From: Dictyostelium discoideum
Lineage: Eukaryota
NCBI GenBank assembly: GCA_000004695.1
Contig: CM000150.2
Location: forward strand, 4,256,001 to 4,320,000
Reading direction: 5' to 3'
Length of the DNA stretch: 64,000 nucleotides
Shown: positions 1 through 16,478 of the stretch, piece by piece
How positions within the stretch are numbered: the stretch's first letter is position 1
Layout: the number at the start of each line of letters is the position of its first letter
Program-made: the position numbers and the translations under genes
The notes under the pieces: model-generated
The model's database searches: none
What the model was told of the DNA's origin: nothing
The model's input: only the letters and a program-made list of their open reading frames with translations

Positions 1-142
1 AATTAAAATTGTGATGGTATTTAAATACCACCCTAAAACGATTTTTTTATTTTTTTTTTATTTTTTTTTTTTCGTGCGGCATTTGGTTTTTTTTGGTCGT
101 TTTATTTTTATTTTTTCTATTTTTTTTTTTTTTCAGTTTTGG

Positions 143-180
<38 letters not shown>

Positions 181-210
181 TAAGAAAAGAGTTAATATAA
201 TAAGTGTAAA

Positions 211-1860
211 GATGAAATCAATTACATCTTTTTTCCTCATTTTATTTATTTCAATTGTCTCTTCACTAATTGAATCAGAATGTAATTTACTTTTTTCGAA
301 AAAAAAAATAAAAAAATAAAAAATAAAAAAATAAAAAAATGATATATTAATTTTTTTATTTATTTTTATTTTTAAAAAAAAAAAAAAAAAAAAAAAGATT
401 CTTGTTTTTATAAATTTGCACGTGATTGTGGTAATTTAGCTACTTTTGGTGATGCTACCAAAGGTTATGATTTTTGTTACCTTCCAACATTAATCAAATG
501 TAATTCCGATAATGTTACATCCATGCAAGTATTTTTTTTTTTTTTTCCCACCATTTTCACCTTTTACAAAAAAAAAAAAAAAAAAACAAAACAAAACTAA
601 CAATTTTATAATAAACAAATTTAGAAATTGGCAATTTCAATGTAAAAATTCAAGTTTTATTTTAACACCATCCTATTTAGGTTGCTTTCAACAATTGGGG
701 TATTTATCAATATCATTATTAAATGTATCATCAGATTTCATATATAATAAAGTTGAAAATGCAAGTGATATAAATTTTGATCAAATTAATATTGAATCAA
801 TTACAAATTATATTCCATATTATAAAATATTTTCAATAAGTTCAAATAAATTTATTCTTGATGGTGTACAATTAAAATATTTTCAAAATGTTCAACATTT
901 GTAAGTTTTAATATTTTTTATTTTTTTATTTTTTAATTTTTTATTTATATTTATTAATTTTTTTTTTATTTTTTTTTTTTTATTTTTTTTAATAATTCTA
1001 TTATTAATAATACAGTTATTCACCTACATCTTTAATTAATTTATTAAATGATGGAACAATACCTCAAAATAAAACTCTAATTGATATGTCTATTAAATCA
1101 AATAAAATTCCAGATTTGACTGGTTTTGATTCAATTCAATCTTTGTATGTATTAAATTATAATTATAATAATTTTTATTATTAATTATTAATTTTTATTT
1201 TTTTTAAAAAAAAAAAAAGAAATTTAATTTTACCAAAAACATTTGATAGTTCATCATTTAGTAATTTAAAAAGTTTTTCAAAATTATCATCTTTTAGGTT
1301 GAGACAAGATAGTCCATTATTTTGTTTTGATTTTATTAATGATATTAATCAATTATCAAGTAAATCCTTAATTTCACTCTCAATTATTGGATGTACGAAA
1401 CCATTAACAAGTTTATATTCTTTAAAAAATATTTCAAATAATCCAAGTTTTAATTTTGACATTGATGGTCCATTATACTATTTAAATAATAACAATGAAA
1501 AATTTTTCCCATTCAATGAAATTCAACCAATTCAAATATTGTAAGTGCGTCAAAAAAAAAAAAAAAAAAAAAATAATAATAATTAATATTAATATTAATA
1601 TTTTTACTAGTTCAATGAAAGGTGGAAGTTTTAAAATGGTTAATATTGGTAGTTTATTCCAAAATGTTGCAACAGTGTAAGTTTATTATTATTATTATTA
1701 TTATTATTTTATAGTAATAGTGTGGTGTGTGTTTTAACTTATTTTTTATTTTTTTTATTTTTTAGACTTTTAAGTAGTAATGGTATTGAAGCTATTTTTG
1801 AACCAAGAATTGGAAATTATCCAATTAGTTTAGATATTTCAAATAATTCTGTAAGTTTTA

Positions 1861-1900
<40 letters not shown>

Positions 1901-4120
1901 TCTAATTTTTATTTTAATAATTTAATAATTTAGATAACTGGTAACTTAGATTCAACATGGTGTTCAACATTAATTGTAATTAAAAATAATAATTTTACAG
2001 GTGATATACCATCATGTTTTTATTGTTATTTTGATGATCCATTAATTAAAAATATGATTACACCTGGTAATCAATTTAATCAAGTGAAAACAGAATGTAC
2101 TTCAATTATACCAAATTTAAAAATAGTAAATCATGAAATTGTTATTTATGGTACAGATTTACCATTACTTACGACTCAATTTAAAACAGTACCAAATTTA
2201 TCATGGTATATAAGTTCAAGAGGTAAAGAAATTAAAGTTAATTATGACTCATTACCATCATCACCAACACAACTTAAAACAATTGATTTATTAATTTTTG
2301 AAGGAAAATATAATTTCACACTTGCGTTGGACCAAAATCAAGCACCAATAATTTCAAAAGTAGCATTTGTGTCATCAAATAGTGTTTTAATTAGTGGTAG
2401 TTATTTCAGTTATGATAAATCATTGATTTCATTTGAGGTTGATCATCAACCTTGTATAATTACGTCGAGTACATTCTATGAAATTCAGTGCTCGTTAAGT
2501 GCATCATTTATAAATGTAGCAAGTTTAGTTTTATCAAATTTAAAAATTGGTAATCATTCAAGTGAGGATATTTTAATAGACACTTCAATTTCATTTATTA
2601 ATTTATATTGTAATGAAAATTGTAAAAGTGTTGGATATGGTATTTGTAATATGAAGGATCAAACTTGTGTAGAATGTCCATCAAATTGTTCAAATCAAGG
2701 TACATGTAATATTTTCACAAACAAATGCGAATGTTTTAATGGATTTGCAAATGATGATTGTTCAGGTATTCAATGTAATCCAAGTGCAAATTGTAATGGT
2801 AATGGTATTTGTGATACCAGTATGGGTAAATGTAATTGTGATATTAATTGGGCATCATCAGATTGTAACACTACAAATCATTATGTTAGTAGTGTGATTT
2901 CCACCAGCACATCAGGAGGCGTGGTCACCCTGCTGGGCATGTTTGGTGACACGCATAATAACCCGTTAATTAAAATCGGTGAATTGACCTGTTTACCAAT
3001 TATTAAAATTAATTCAACAATGATTCAATGTGAAATCGGGCCTGGTAAAGGACACAAGGCCGTCCAAGTCACCCAAAACGGCATTACATGGTACGGCAAT
3101 GGATTTAAGTACTATGAAACCGCACTACCATGTCCATCACAATGCTCATCACACGGTCATTGCGATACAACAACTGGTATTTGTAAATGTGATTCTAAAT
3201 GGTCTGGCATCGATTGTGCAATCGAAATTCAAGTTGACTCACCACAATCAAACTCAACCATTGATAAAGGCACTGGTGATTCAACTTTAAATAATGGTGA
3301 AACTAAATATTCGATTTTAATTACATCAATTAATGAAATTGACTTTAATGGTAATTCAATCAAAGAAATTAATTTAAAAAATAATTGGATTTTCATTTCA
3401 AATAAATCAAATGATAATTTTTATTATTTTATACAATATTTAAATAACACAAACAATAATGATAATGATACAACAATAATTATATCAACAATTGAAGAAG
3501 TTAAAGAAAGTAAACAATTTTCATTTGCAGATATTAATTTTAATGTTGAAAGTGGTTCAATTAAATTTACAACTACAATTAAAAATTGGAAATATTCAAG
3601 TGTTTTAAATACATTACAATTAAGAATGAATACAACTGTTGATAAAATTATAAAAAATGATCATGATGATTGTAATGAAGATGTAAATATTTCTATTATT
3701 AATGGCGATGATGACGATATTGATATTGATAAAGTTAGTTATATGACAATTTCAAAGAATGGAAAAGTATTATATGGTAGATTTTTAGAAAAGGCATTAT
3801 CAGATTCAAGACCTTCTTATATTCAAAATAAAATAATTAAAAAAAACGAAAATTCAATATTAATTGGTTTAAATTTACCACATTGTGTCGACTCATGTAT
3901 TGTAGATCCTGATTTTTCAGTTTTAGTAAATCCAGATTTCTCATCAAATTGTAATAGTAGTGATAATAGAAAGAAATGGTTAATACCTGTTGCTGTTGTT
4001 GTACCAATTGTTGGTTTATCAATTGTTGCAATCATATTTTATGTACTTTATAGAAAAAACAGTACACTTATTAAAGTTCATTTATTTTCAAAAGTTAAAT
4101 TAAGAAATATGAACAACTAA
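211..4120 (+). CDS. Multi-exon gene: secreted/membrane protein with N-terminal LRR-like repeats, several EGF-like Cys modules, an IPT/TIG-like domain and a C-terminal TM helix. Resolved 3' exons are 1220..1540, 1611..1676, 1766..1850 and 1934..4120. Earlier exons at about 211, 398, 625..900 and 1015..1144 are only partly phased.
   Basis: A signal-peptide ORF begins at the ATG at 211 (MKSITSFFLILFISIVSSLIES). Exon phases are consistent across GTAAGT/GTATGT donors at 901, 1145, 1541 and 1677 and AG acceptors at 1014, 1219, 1610 and 1933. The large terminal ORF carries CxC-spaced EGF-like repeats (CNENCKSVGYGICN..CVECPSNCSNQGTC..), a TIG-like beta segment (GGVVTLLGMFGD...CLPIIKINSTMIQCEIGPG) and the TM segment WLIPVAVVVPIVGLSIVAIIFYVLYRK before the stop at 4118-4120. 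I could not find a phase-compatible donor for the putative exon at 398-530. Confidence 0.6.
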
Positions 4121-4143
4121 TAAACATTTTATTTTTTTTTTTT

Positions 4144-4932
4144 TTAATTAAATTTTAATGTATCAATTTCATTATTTGGATTAATAATTACTAAATTTGA
4201 ATTATTATTTGTTGAGATGATTGAAATTGGTGGTTTAGAACTTGAATATTTTTCATTATTAACTTTAATTGATTTAATTGATTGTCCTTTTTCAATATCC
4301 CAAATATTTAAATAAAGATGGGATATTTCATTATTATTATTATTATTTTCAACAATTGTTGTATGTCTATTCCAATGAATTAATGTATTTTTAATATTTG
4401 TAATGAAACTACCATCTTGGATTTTAGTTGTTTCTTTTTCAAAATCAATAAACCAAGTTTTACCAATGGTTTTCTCGAAATTGTGAATGATGATATCCGA
4501 TTTTGTGAATATTAATAAATATGGTTCTTGGATTTTCTTTGGAGATACGAGATCGTCCCTATTAATGGTCCAATTTTCAATTATTTCATCACCACTTTTA
4601 CTTTCATTATTAATTAATCTAACACTAATTTGAATTTTATTTTGAAAAATTGAAGTTACAAATAATTTCTTAAAATCACAACTTGTTTGAATTTGTAAAA
4701 ATATTTCACCAGCAATTGGTCTGAATATACAAATAAATTCACCTTGACCTGAAACAAAATTAAAGCAATCAACTTTAATAAATTCAATTCTTTTATTTGG
4801 ATCTGCAATCGTTGGTAATTGAATTCTACTCCATTCATTAATTAATTCATTACTAATTGGATATGATCTACCATAAATATAATCATTTGATTTATAAATT
4901 TTTTCTTTTTTTTTTTTTAAAATGAATTAGTA

Positions 4933-4974
<42 letters not shown>

Positions 4975-5313
4975 ATTTGATAAATTTAAAATTGAATAAT
5001 GATAATAATCATCGGAATATAAGCATTCAATAAAGATTGTGTCATTATTTAAAAATTTGGTATTTTTTTGACAATTTTGATGATCTTTACAAATATTTGA
5101 AAATTTTTTAAAATGATTTGTTTTATCATTAGAATCAAGTTCGAATAATGTAACTTCACCACCACTAGTAGATTTAAAACAGACTACAAATTTTTCATTA
5201 TAAATTCCAATAACTTTTAAATCTTGATCATTTTTAAATGTTTCATTAATTTCAATTTTTAATTGTTTACCTGGAGTTGCAAATAATGGATATTCAACAT
5301 CAGTGGAATTCAT
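4144..5313 (-). CDS. Hypothetical protein of about 370 aa in two exons, 5313..4974 and 4904..4144 on the minus strand.
   Basis: The minus-strand ORF MNSTDVEYPLF... ends at a G|GTAAAA donor (intron 4973..4905, which is mostly poly-A on the minus strand) and is in phase with a roughly 250-codon open frame that ends in ...NNEIDTLKFN and a TAA at 4146-4144. I recognised no family. Confidence 0.5.
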
Positions 5314-6006
5314 TGTAATCGTTTGAATAGGTTTCCTATTTTTTTTTTTTTTTTTAAACAATGAATGAATGAATAAAAAAAAAAAAAAAAAATAAAATTA
5401 AAATATGAAAAAAAAAAAGATTTTTTTTTTTTTTTAAAAAATAAACCATTTTTCATAGAAATAAAATTTTAAAATTTGAGTGATGCAATATTTGCAAGCA
5501 TAAGGTGGGAAAATGGATTAGTTTATGAAAAAAAAAAAAATTCATAGTAAAGCAATGAAATTTTATTTTTTATTATTATTTTGAGATTTGCATTTTAAAT
5601 TATTTTTTTTTTCTTTTTTAAACAAATAAATTTTGTTAAAAATAAATTTTTTTAAATTTTTTTTGATTTGTTTGGTTGTTTAATATTAAATATAATTTAT
5701 TTTTTAAATAATTTGGAAATTATATTTTAATTATATTTTTCTTTTTTTTAACAATAGATTTAATTAAGATTTATTACATATAGAAAATAAAATAAAATAA
5801 ATAAAGTATTCCAACAAAGGTTTTTTTTTTTTTTGATTTTCATTTTTTTAATTTTTGCACCTCACCTGACAACAAATCATTTTTTCTTTTTTTTTTTAAT
5901 TTTTTTTATTATTTTTATAAATTTTTCATTTTAATTTTTTTTTTTTTTTTTTTTTTTTAATTTCATAAATTATTGAGATAACAATAATAATAATAATATT
6001 AATATT

Positions 6007-7138
<1,132 letters not shown>

Positions 7139-7563
7139 ATAAATGGAAAAAAAAAGTAATGATAATTAACAATTAACAATTAATAATTAATAAATAATAA
7201 ATAATAATAATTAAAAATTTTTTAAAAAAAAATAATAATAAAAAAAAAATATATTTTATTTCAAAAAAAAAAAAAAAAAAAAAAATAGATATTATTTTAA
7301 TTTTATTTATTTCTATTTTTATTTTTTATTATTTCTAAATTTATATTTTTAAATTAAATAAATTCAATCAATATTTTAAGTAGTTTCAGGTTAATTTTTA
7401 TTAAACAATTAAATAATATATATTTAGATTTTTTTTTATTTTTTTTTTTTATTAAAAAATATTTTAAGAAAGTGTTCTTTATTTATTTTTTTTTTTAAAA
7501 AAAGTTTTTTAAAATTTAATTATATAAATTTCGTTTAAACAAAAAATAAAAAAAAAATAAAAA

Positions 7564-7758
7564 ATGGGTTTCGATTGGGTTTCTCCAAATGTTGTAGCTA
7601 TTGTAGACAGAATTGGTCAATTAAGAGATCAAAAAATTGAATGGGAAAGAGTCACTATTATAATAAATAATGAATTTGGCAATTTAAATCCACCAAATGG
7701 TTTTACAATGTCTCAACTTAAAACTTATTATTGTCGTTTAAAACCAAATAACTTATAA
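7564..7758 (+). CDS. Small 64-aa ORF with a Myb/SANT (MADF-like) tryptophan spacing.
   Basis: MGFDWVSPNVVAIVDRIGQLRDQKIEWERV...FTMSQLKTYYCRLK shows the W..(19)..W..(n)..Y pattern of SANT/MADF domains. It is isolated in an AT-rich region, and I cannot confirm expression. Confidence 0.25.
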   Translation: MGFDWVSPNVVAIVDRIGQLRDQKIEWERVTIIINNEFGNLNPPNGFTMSQLKTYYCRLKPNNL

Positions 7759-8116
7759 TTCAAATATTAGAATATTCCTGAACAATACAACTGTTCACAA
7801 AAAAAACATTGTTTTTTTTTATTTTTTTTATTTTAGTAAATCAATATTACTTTTTTTAATTTTCAAATTTTTTTTTTATTTTCGAAATAAAAAAATAAAA
7901 AAATAAAAAAAAATAAAAATAAAATAAAAATAAAAATAAATAATACTAAATTGAGAAAAAGGGAATAATTTTTTTTTTTTTTTTTTTTTTTATTTTTATC
8001 AATTCCCTCTTATTTATTCAATAATTTTTTATACATATTTCCTAATTTAAAATTTTAAAAAAAAATAAAAAAAATAAATAAATGAATAAAAAAAAAAAAA
8101 AAAAAAAAAAAAGAAA

Positions 8117-8158
<42 letters not shown>

Positions 8159-8498
8159 CTTTTAAAATTAAAACCAATAAAATAATCAAAAAAAAAAGAA
8201 AAAAAAAAAAAAAAAGAAAAAAAGTTTGAAAATACACCTTCAAATAAATACCTTTTTAAAAAAATTAATATTAAAATAAATAGTAATAATATTATTAATA
8301 ATAATAAAAAAAATTAAAATTAAAGAAAAAAAAAATAAAAATACAATATTATTATAGTTATAATATTTACTCACACCCTTCAACTGTCGTTTTTCATGTG
8401 TCAGTGTTGTTTACGACCTATAATTTTATTATATTACTTTTAAAAACTTTTTAAATAATATATATAAATCATAGATTGCATCAAATAAAAAAAATAAA

Positions 8499-8585
8499 AT
8501 GAAAAAGAGTGATAGTAGTAGTAGTTTAGTTTTTAGTGGTATTCAAATTGAAATTAATAATAACTATGGTAGTGGTAGCGGAAGC

Positions 8586-8621
<36 letters not shown>

Positions 8622-8960
8622 ATTAATAATAATAATAATCCAAATAATAATCCAAATAATAATGGACCACCACTTAGACCATCTTCAGAATGGGTATTAC
8701 TCTCTTCATCTCAACCAACAATAGCCACTACAACCAACTTAACGACAAATGCCCCACTAAGCGATAGTATGATAATGAATTATGTAGGAAATGATAATTT
8801 AAATACCCCAATTACACCATCAACTAGCTCTCCCTATTTAAAAAGGAATAATAGTAATTTAAATAGTATAATCGAAAATAGTAACAACTCTTCACCAAGT
8901 AATGCAATCACTAGAAATAATAGTTTTAATATGGATCCTAACAATAATAATAATAATAAC

Positions 8961-9000
<40 letters not shown>

Positions 9001-9632
9001 GTGAATATATGAATTCAAGTATAGTGTTCGATAATAATGTAAATAATAATAATAATAATCCAAATAATAATCCAAACAATAATGTTCATAGTAATTCACA
9101 TAATACAAATAATAGTATAACTCATAGTGGTAGTATTACCAGCAGCAATAGTAATAATAATAATAGTAATAATAATAATAATAATAATAGTAATAATAAT
9201 AATAATATCAATAATAGTGTAAATAGTGTAAATAGTTTAATGATGAATTCTGATAAAAATTGCAATCATCAATTCCCATCTGACGATGTTTTAATTAGTA
9301 ATGAACATGATATCATTGATTTAGCATTGAATAAAGAGTTCTTAAATCAATATCGTATTCAAACTAATAGTATTTTCATAAATTCACAACATGTAATAAA
9401 TCAAGATGTTCAAAGTTATCAAGATTACGAATCATTATTATCCTCATATAATACCATTTTAAATCAATTATTACTAATTACTTCTTCAAATAAAAATAAT
9501 AATAATAATAATAATCCAAATAATAATAATAATAATGTAACATCTCCAAATTCATTATTATCACCACCATCAACTTCTCAATTACAGCAACAACAACAAC
9601 AACAACAACAATCTCCTTCACCACCATTAAAC

Positions 9633-9725
<93 letters not shown>

Positions 9726-11253
9726 TATTATTTAATGAGCACATCAACAATGAGTTCAACCACAACAAACCTATCAACTAGTACTAATTCAAATATAAAT
9801 ACAAATATACCAACCAATTATAATATGAGTACGTCAATTACAGCGACAACTACTACTACTACAGCAACAAATACTATAGCAATAGGTACAACAACTACTG
9901 CTGCAATAACAACTGCTGCAACAAATTCAACAAATTCTAATAATTTAAATTTATCATCAACTAATTTAGGATTAGATAATAATTTTCTTTATCAAAGGAT
10001 TTTACCAGAGATACTTTCATTATTAGAAAAGTTAACAGTGTTTTCTAGAAATAACGATACAGAAATTTTCAACAGGTTAGGCAATAATGTAAAACTAATA
10101 TTCGATCATTTAAATCTAATAAAGAATGATATTTTAGAAGCAAACTTTTCACACCTAAGGTATGTTTTTTATTTTTTTTTTTTTCATTTTTTTATTTATT
10201 TTACATTTATTTCCTCTCAAGAAAATTAATATTAAATAATATTATATTGTTTCAAATTATATATATATAGTGGTATCTTTACAATTTATAATCATACCAT
10301 TATTAGTAGTGATAAAACTACTAAACAATTTGTATTTAGGTTTTTACATTCATTAGCACCAATGACTGTACCACCTGCGATTGTAGTCACCCCAGAATTA
10401 AAAAAAGTTGTACAAAAAATTCATTTTTCAAAACCAACTTTCACTCCATTATGTATTGAATGGAAAGGTTCTTTTACTTTTACAAAAAGTTTTTTTGGTA
10501 ATTATTTTATTTAAAGAAAAAAACAAAACAAAATAAAACAAAACATCTATATATCTCTATATATATGAATGTACTAATTAATTTTTAATTATTTTAGAAA
10601 TTTGTAAATATATTGATGTATTGAAATCAGTTTCATTATTTATAGCACAAGTTGGTCAATATTGTTTTTTAAATCAATCAATAATTATCAATGATGAATT
10701 ATTGTTTATACCATCAATTTATGTTTTATTTGATAATATTCAAAATCTATCAATGAAAGAAGAAAGATTTCATATCGAATATATTCTACATAATTTAAAG
10801 TTCATTGTATCCAAAATACCAAAACAAACTAGAGAATTCACAAAAACTGAAATTGAAAGATTATATTCATATATTAGAGGTAATCCTTCATATGTAAAAG
10901 AAATTTTACCAAAATTATTGAAAAATATTTATATCGATCCTTATTTCTATCATTTATGGAATAATCATTGTATACATTTATTAAATAATAATATCAATAA
11001 TAATAACAATAACAATACAAATAATAGTAGTAATAATAGTAATAATAATAATAATACCAATATTAATATTGGTAAGGATATTGGAAATGACTTAACACTA
11101 CTTTTGGTTAGTAATAAAAATTCTTTCCTTCTATCTTTTGATGAAAGACATTTCTCAATATTTTATAGTTCAATCAGTAATAGTACAACCACAACAATAA
11201 CACCAACAATAACGTCCCCAAATAATAATAGCAATAGAATCAACAACAATAAC

Positions 11254-11299
<46 letters not shown>

Positions 11300-11334
11300 T
11301 CAATGTAAATAATAATGTAAATAATAATAATGTA

Positions 11335-11365
<31 letters not shown>

Positions 11366-11780
11366 GCAATCAATATATTGTAAATTATTTTGATAATACA
11401 ACATCACTTTTAAATTTTATAGAATCGAATCAATTTAAATATATAATTTTATCAAATAAAGAAGTAGAGACCATTAAATTCTTTAAATCAGTATTACCAG
11501 TCACATTACCATTACCACAACCATCAAGTCGACAAGCAATTCTACAACAACAGCAACAACAAAATTATAAACCTAGAATATTATGTGGACCTTGTTTATC
11601 AAGATTTAAAACAATTTTAGATGAATTTGATAATGAAGAATCAATAGAGAATCAAATTTATTCAAATTATTTAAATAATATTAATAATAATGAAAACATT
11701 GATCCTAATTTAATAGATGGTAATGAAAATAAAATTAATGGAAATGATAATAACAATAATCATGATGATGATGAAAAAAC

Positions 11781-11833
<53 letters not shown>

Positions 11834-12846
11834 TTTATAATAATAATAATATTGAAGATTATAATAATAATAATGATAATAATTATAATTTTGAAAATGA
11901 AATAAATGATAAAGAAAATGAATTTAGAGAATTAGAAAAAGAAATTAATGAAATTGAAAAAGAAGAACAAGAATTAATTAAAGAATATTTAGAATTAGAG
12001 AATCGTAATCAAATTAATTTAGATATTAAACAAAAACTTGAGGATATTTTAAAGGAAATTAAATTGGAAGAGAAAACTCATTATGATCTTGTAAATAACT
12101 ATTATCAAGAATATTTCGATCTTAAACAAGAAGATGAAATTTATACGAATCAAATTAATGCGATTAGGGATCAACTTGAGAGAGTTTCACAAATTGATAT
12201 TAATAAAATCACTTTTAAAATTGAATTACCAAATACTGGTGTCAATGGTGGTATTGTTGGTTATAATGAATCATCAAATACAACAATTTCATCTATTAAT
12301 GGTTTTAGATTAGGTACTTTATCAAATTTAAAAGTTGATTGGGAAGAAATTAATAGTGCATGGGGTGAAACATCATTACTATTATATGTTTTGGCAAGTC
12401 AATTAGAATTTAATTTTCAAAATTATAAATTAATTCCAATGAGTAGTAAATCGATAATTCAATCAAAAAATGATAAAATGTCCTATACACTCTATGGTGG
12501 TGATAATATTCAATTCTCGAGATCATTCCTTTGGTTTGGTGCAAGTGATCAAAGATTTGATAGTGGTATGGAAGCATTCCTGTCTTGTGTCAATGATATT
12601 GCCACCTTTGTACAATCAAAGAAACCTTCAATCAATTTTAACTATCGTATAAGTAAAGATAAAATTGGTGATTCCAATAGGCTACTCTCTATAAAGATTG
12701 CTGGTAATTCCGAATTAAATTGGACAATGGCTCTAAGATTCATGTTAAGCAATTTAAAAAAGATTTTAGATAATTTAGATTCAATCGTTGAATCAAAACA
12801 AAAACAACAACAATTACAAAGACAACAAAGTTTAAATAATTTATAA
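8499..12846 (+). CDS. atg6A: Autophagy protein 6 / Beclin-1 homolog with a long Asn/Thr-rich N-terminal extension. Exons are 8499..10159, 10340..10497 and 10598..12846, giving about 1367 aa.
   Basis: The C-terminal exon encodes a coiled coil (ELEKEINEIEKEEQELIKEYLELENRN...) followed by the BARA domain (INGFRLGTLSNLKVDWEEINSAWGETSLLLYVLASQ...NWTMALRFMLSNLKKIL), which closely matches Beclin-1. Splice phases check out: GTATGT donor at 10160 (phase 2, ag+g=Arg), acceptor AG at 10338-10339; GTAATT donor at 10498, acceptor AG at 10596-10597 (g+aa=Glu). The length matches the long Dictyostelium Atg6 paralog. Confidence 0.85.
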
Positions 12847-13118
12847 CAATAAAATTTTTTAATTTTTTTTCTTTTTTTTTTTTTTTCTAATATTATTTCT
12901 AGATTTTTTTTTAGATTTATTTATTTTTAAAATTTTTTAGATTTATTTATTTTTTAGATTTATTGATTATTAAAAAAAAAAAAAAGAAAACAACAAATAT
13001 CTAGTCATTTTTATATTTTTTTTTAAAAAAGTTTTTTATTTTTATTTTTTTTTTTATTTGTTTTTTTTTTTTTTTATAAATTTTTTTTTTTTTAAAAAAA
13101 AAAAAAATGTTACTATAT

Positions 13119-14264
<1,146 letters not shown>

Positions 14265-15252
14265 CTTTATTATGTATATATGTGTTTTTTTTTTTTTTTT
14301 TTTTGTTTTGTTTTTGTTTTTGGTTTGTTGTTATAACGTTTAAGTTGTAATAGTTGAAAAATTAAAATTATATAATCTATATTTTATAAAATTGAATTAA
14401 AAATTAGTATTTATGAACAAAAGACTATATATTTCGGATTTGGTTTATATAAATTTGGAGGAGATGGGTTACACAAAAAATAAAAAAATAAATTAAATAT
14501 AAAAAAAAAAAAAAAAAATTTATGTGTCAAAAAAAAAAAATAATATAAAAAAAAAAAAATAAAAAAAATAAAAAAAAAGTTTTTGTGGGAAAATAAAAAA
14601 AAAATTAAAAAAATTAAAAAAAAAAGGTGGTTTTTAATTTAGTGGTGTGTGAATGTATTCTTTTACAAAATAAAAAAAAATATTATTATATTATTAATTT
14701 TATTATTAATTATCATATAAAACTATTAAAAAAAAAAAAATAATAATAATAAAAATAAAAATAAATAAAAATTTAAAAAAAAATTTTAAAATAATTTGTT
14801 CACGAATTTATTATTAATATGATTTTATTATTATAAAAAAAAAAAATAAAAAAAAATAAAAAAAAAATAAAAAAAAACAAAAATAAAAATAAAAATTGTG
14901 TGGATTAAAAAAAAAAAAAAAAAAAAAAGGATAATAATTATTATATATACTTTTTATTTGTTACTATTATTACTTTGATTTCAATTTTTTTTTTTTTTTT
15001 TTGTTTTTTTTTTTTTTTTTTTTTTTTTAAAATTTTTATTTTTTTTATTTTTTTTTTTTTGGCACCTCCAAAAAAAAAAAAATAAAATAAATAAAAAATA
15101 TTTTATTTGATTTTAAACTGGTTGTTAAGCAGTTTTTTTCAAATTTCAACAAGTCTGGGAATGAAAAAAAAAAAAGTAAATGAAAAAAAAAAAATAAAAA
15201 TAAATTAAATTAAAAAAATAAACAAAAAATTAAACCATACTATTTTTTTTGT

Positions 15253-15287
<35 letters not shown>

Positions 15288-15506
15288 TAAAATAAAATAA
15301 AAAAATAAAAAATTATATAATTGTTAATCACAAAAAAATTTTAAAATGTTCTGTTGCGTATTTGGTGTGATATTAAACAAAACATATGTGCTGGATTGTC
15401 TTTAAAATGAATATACTTTTTTTTTTATTTTTTTTTTTTTGGTTTTTGTTTTGAAAAATAAATAAATAAATAATATTCTGAAAAACAGTGTGGCTTTGTA
15501 TTTAAA

Positions 15507-15543
<37 letters not shown>

Positions 15544-15882
15544 AAATTTTAAAAGAAATCGAAAAAAAAAAAAAAAAAGAAACAGCAACGCAAATCGTTT
15601 TTCAATTAAAAAATTTAATAAAAAAAAAAAAATAAAAAAAAAAATAAAAATAAAAAATTCGTTTTTTTTGGGACAAATAATAAATGATATATATCGTTAT
15701 CTATTTTTTATTTAAATATATTCTTTTTTATTTTATTTTATTTTTTTTTTAAAAAAATTTGTTTTTGACTTTTCCATATTTACAATTATTTATTTATTTA
15801 TTAATTATTTTATTTATTTATTTAATTAATTATTTAATTATTATTATTTTTTTATTTTTTTTTTTTTTAAAAAAAAAAAAAA

Positions 15883-16478
15883 TTAATGAGAATGATTTTC
15901 TTCATGACCATGGTCATTATGATCACCATGTTCATGTTCACATTCGCACTCTTCGTTTTGTTTTGGTTTTTGTTTTATAGCTCTATGTTCGTCTTCACTT
16001 TCATCACTACTTTCATCATAAGGTTTCTTTTTATGAAAGATACAACATTCTTATTTAGAAAATAAAATAAAAAAATATTAGTCTTTGACTTATAGTTTTG
16101 TTTTTATTTTTTATTATTATTTATTATTATTATTTATTTATTATTTAAATGACATCAACAATAAAGATGAACACATAAAAAAAAAAATATATATATATAT
16201 ATATATAATAGGACCTTTATTCCTATTATAACATTTAAATAAATAAACATACTTTTTGATTTTTTTTTTGATAAATTTTCGTTATCTACAATCCCTTCAT
16301 TCCATTGAACTCTCTTTTTATCTTTTTTTGGTGGTTTTCCAAGAACAAGTCTTAATGTTGGTGGAGAATTTGGACCACTATTAGTACTGCCACTACTTTC
16401 AGTTTGAAGAAGAGTTGTTGTTGTCGTTGTTGTTGTAGTTGGTGAACTTGCTAAAGTTGGTGATCTTGTTGTGTGCAT
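15883..16478 (-). CDS. Protein phosphatase 1 regulatory subunit 11 (inhibitor-3 / Ypi1)-like protein in two exons, 16478..16253 and 16049..15883 on the minus strand.
   Basis: Exon 1 carries the RVxF-type motif KKRVQWNEGIVDNENLSKKKSK. Exon 2 carries the signature CCIFHKKKPYDESSDESEDE followed by a His-rich tail, ECECEHEHGDHNDHGHEENHSH*. The minus-strand donor is GTATGT at 16252 (phase 1) and the acceptor is at 16051-16050. Confidence 0.7.

Noticed and set aside
8055-8243. Short ORFs composed of F, K and L (also at 15759, 26546, 26723, 30713, 50636, 50709, 56185, 57052 and 57263).
   Set aside because: They are translations of homopolymer A/T intergenic tracts.
9478-9777. A minus-strand ORF made of poly-Tyr, with similar poly-L, poly-Y, poly-V and poly-I ORFs at 11163, 19305, 19936, 34097, 57775, 58110, 58195 and 61953.
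   Set aside because: These are antisense or frame-shifted readings of (AAT)n, (CAA)n and (AGT)n coding microsatellites inside real genes.
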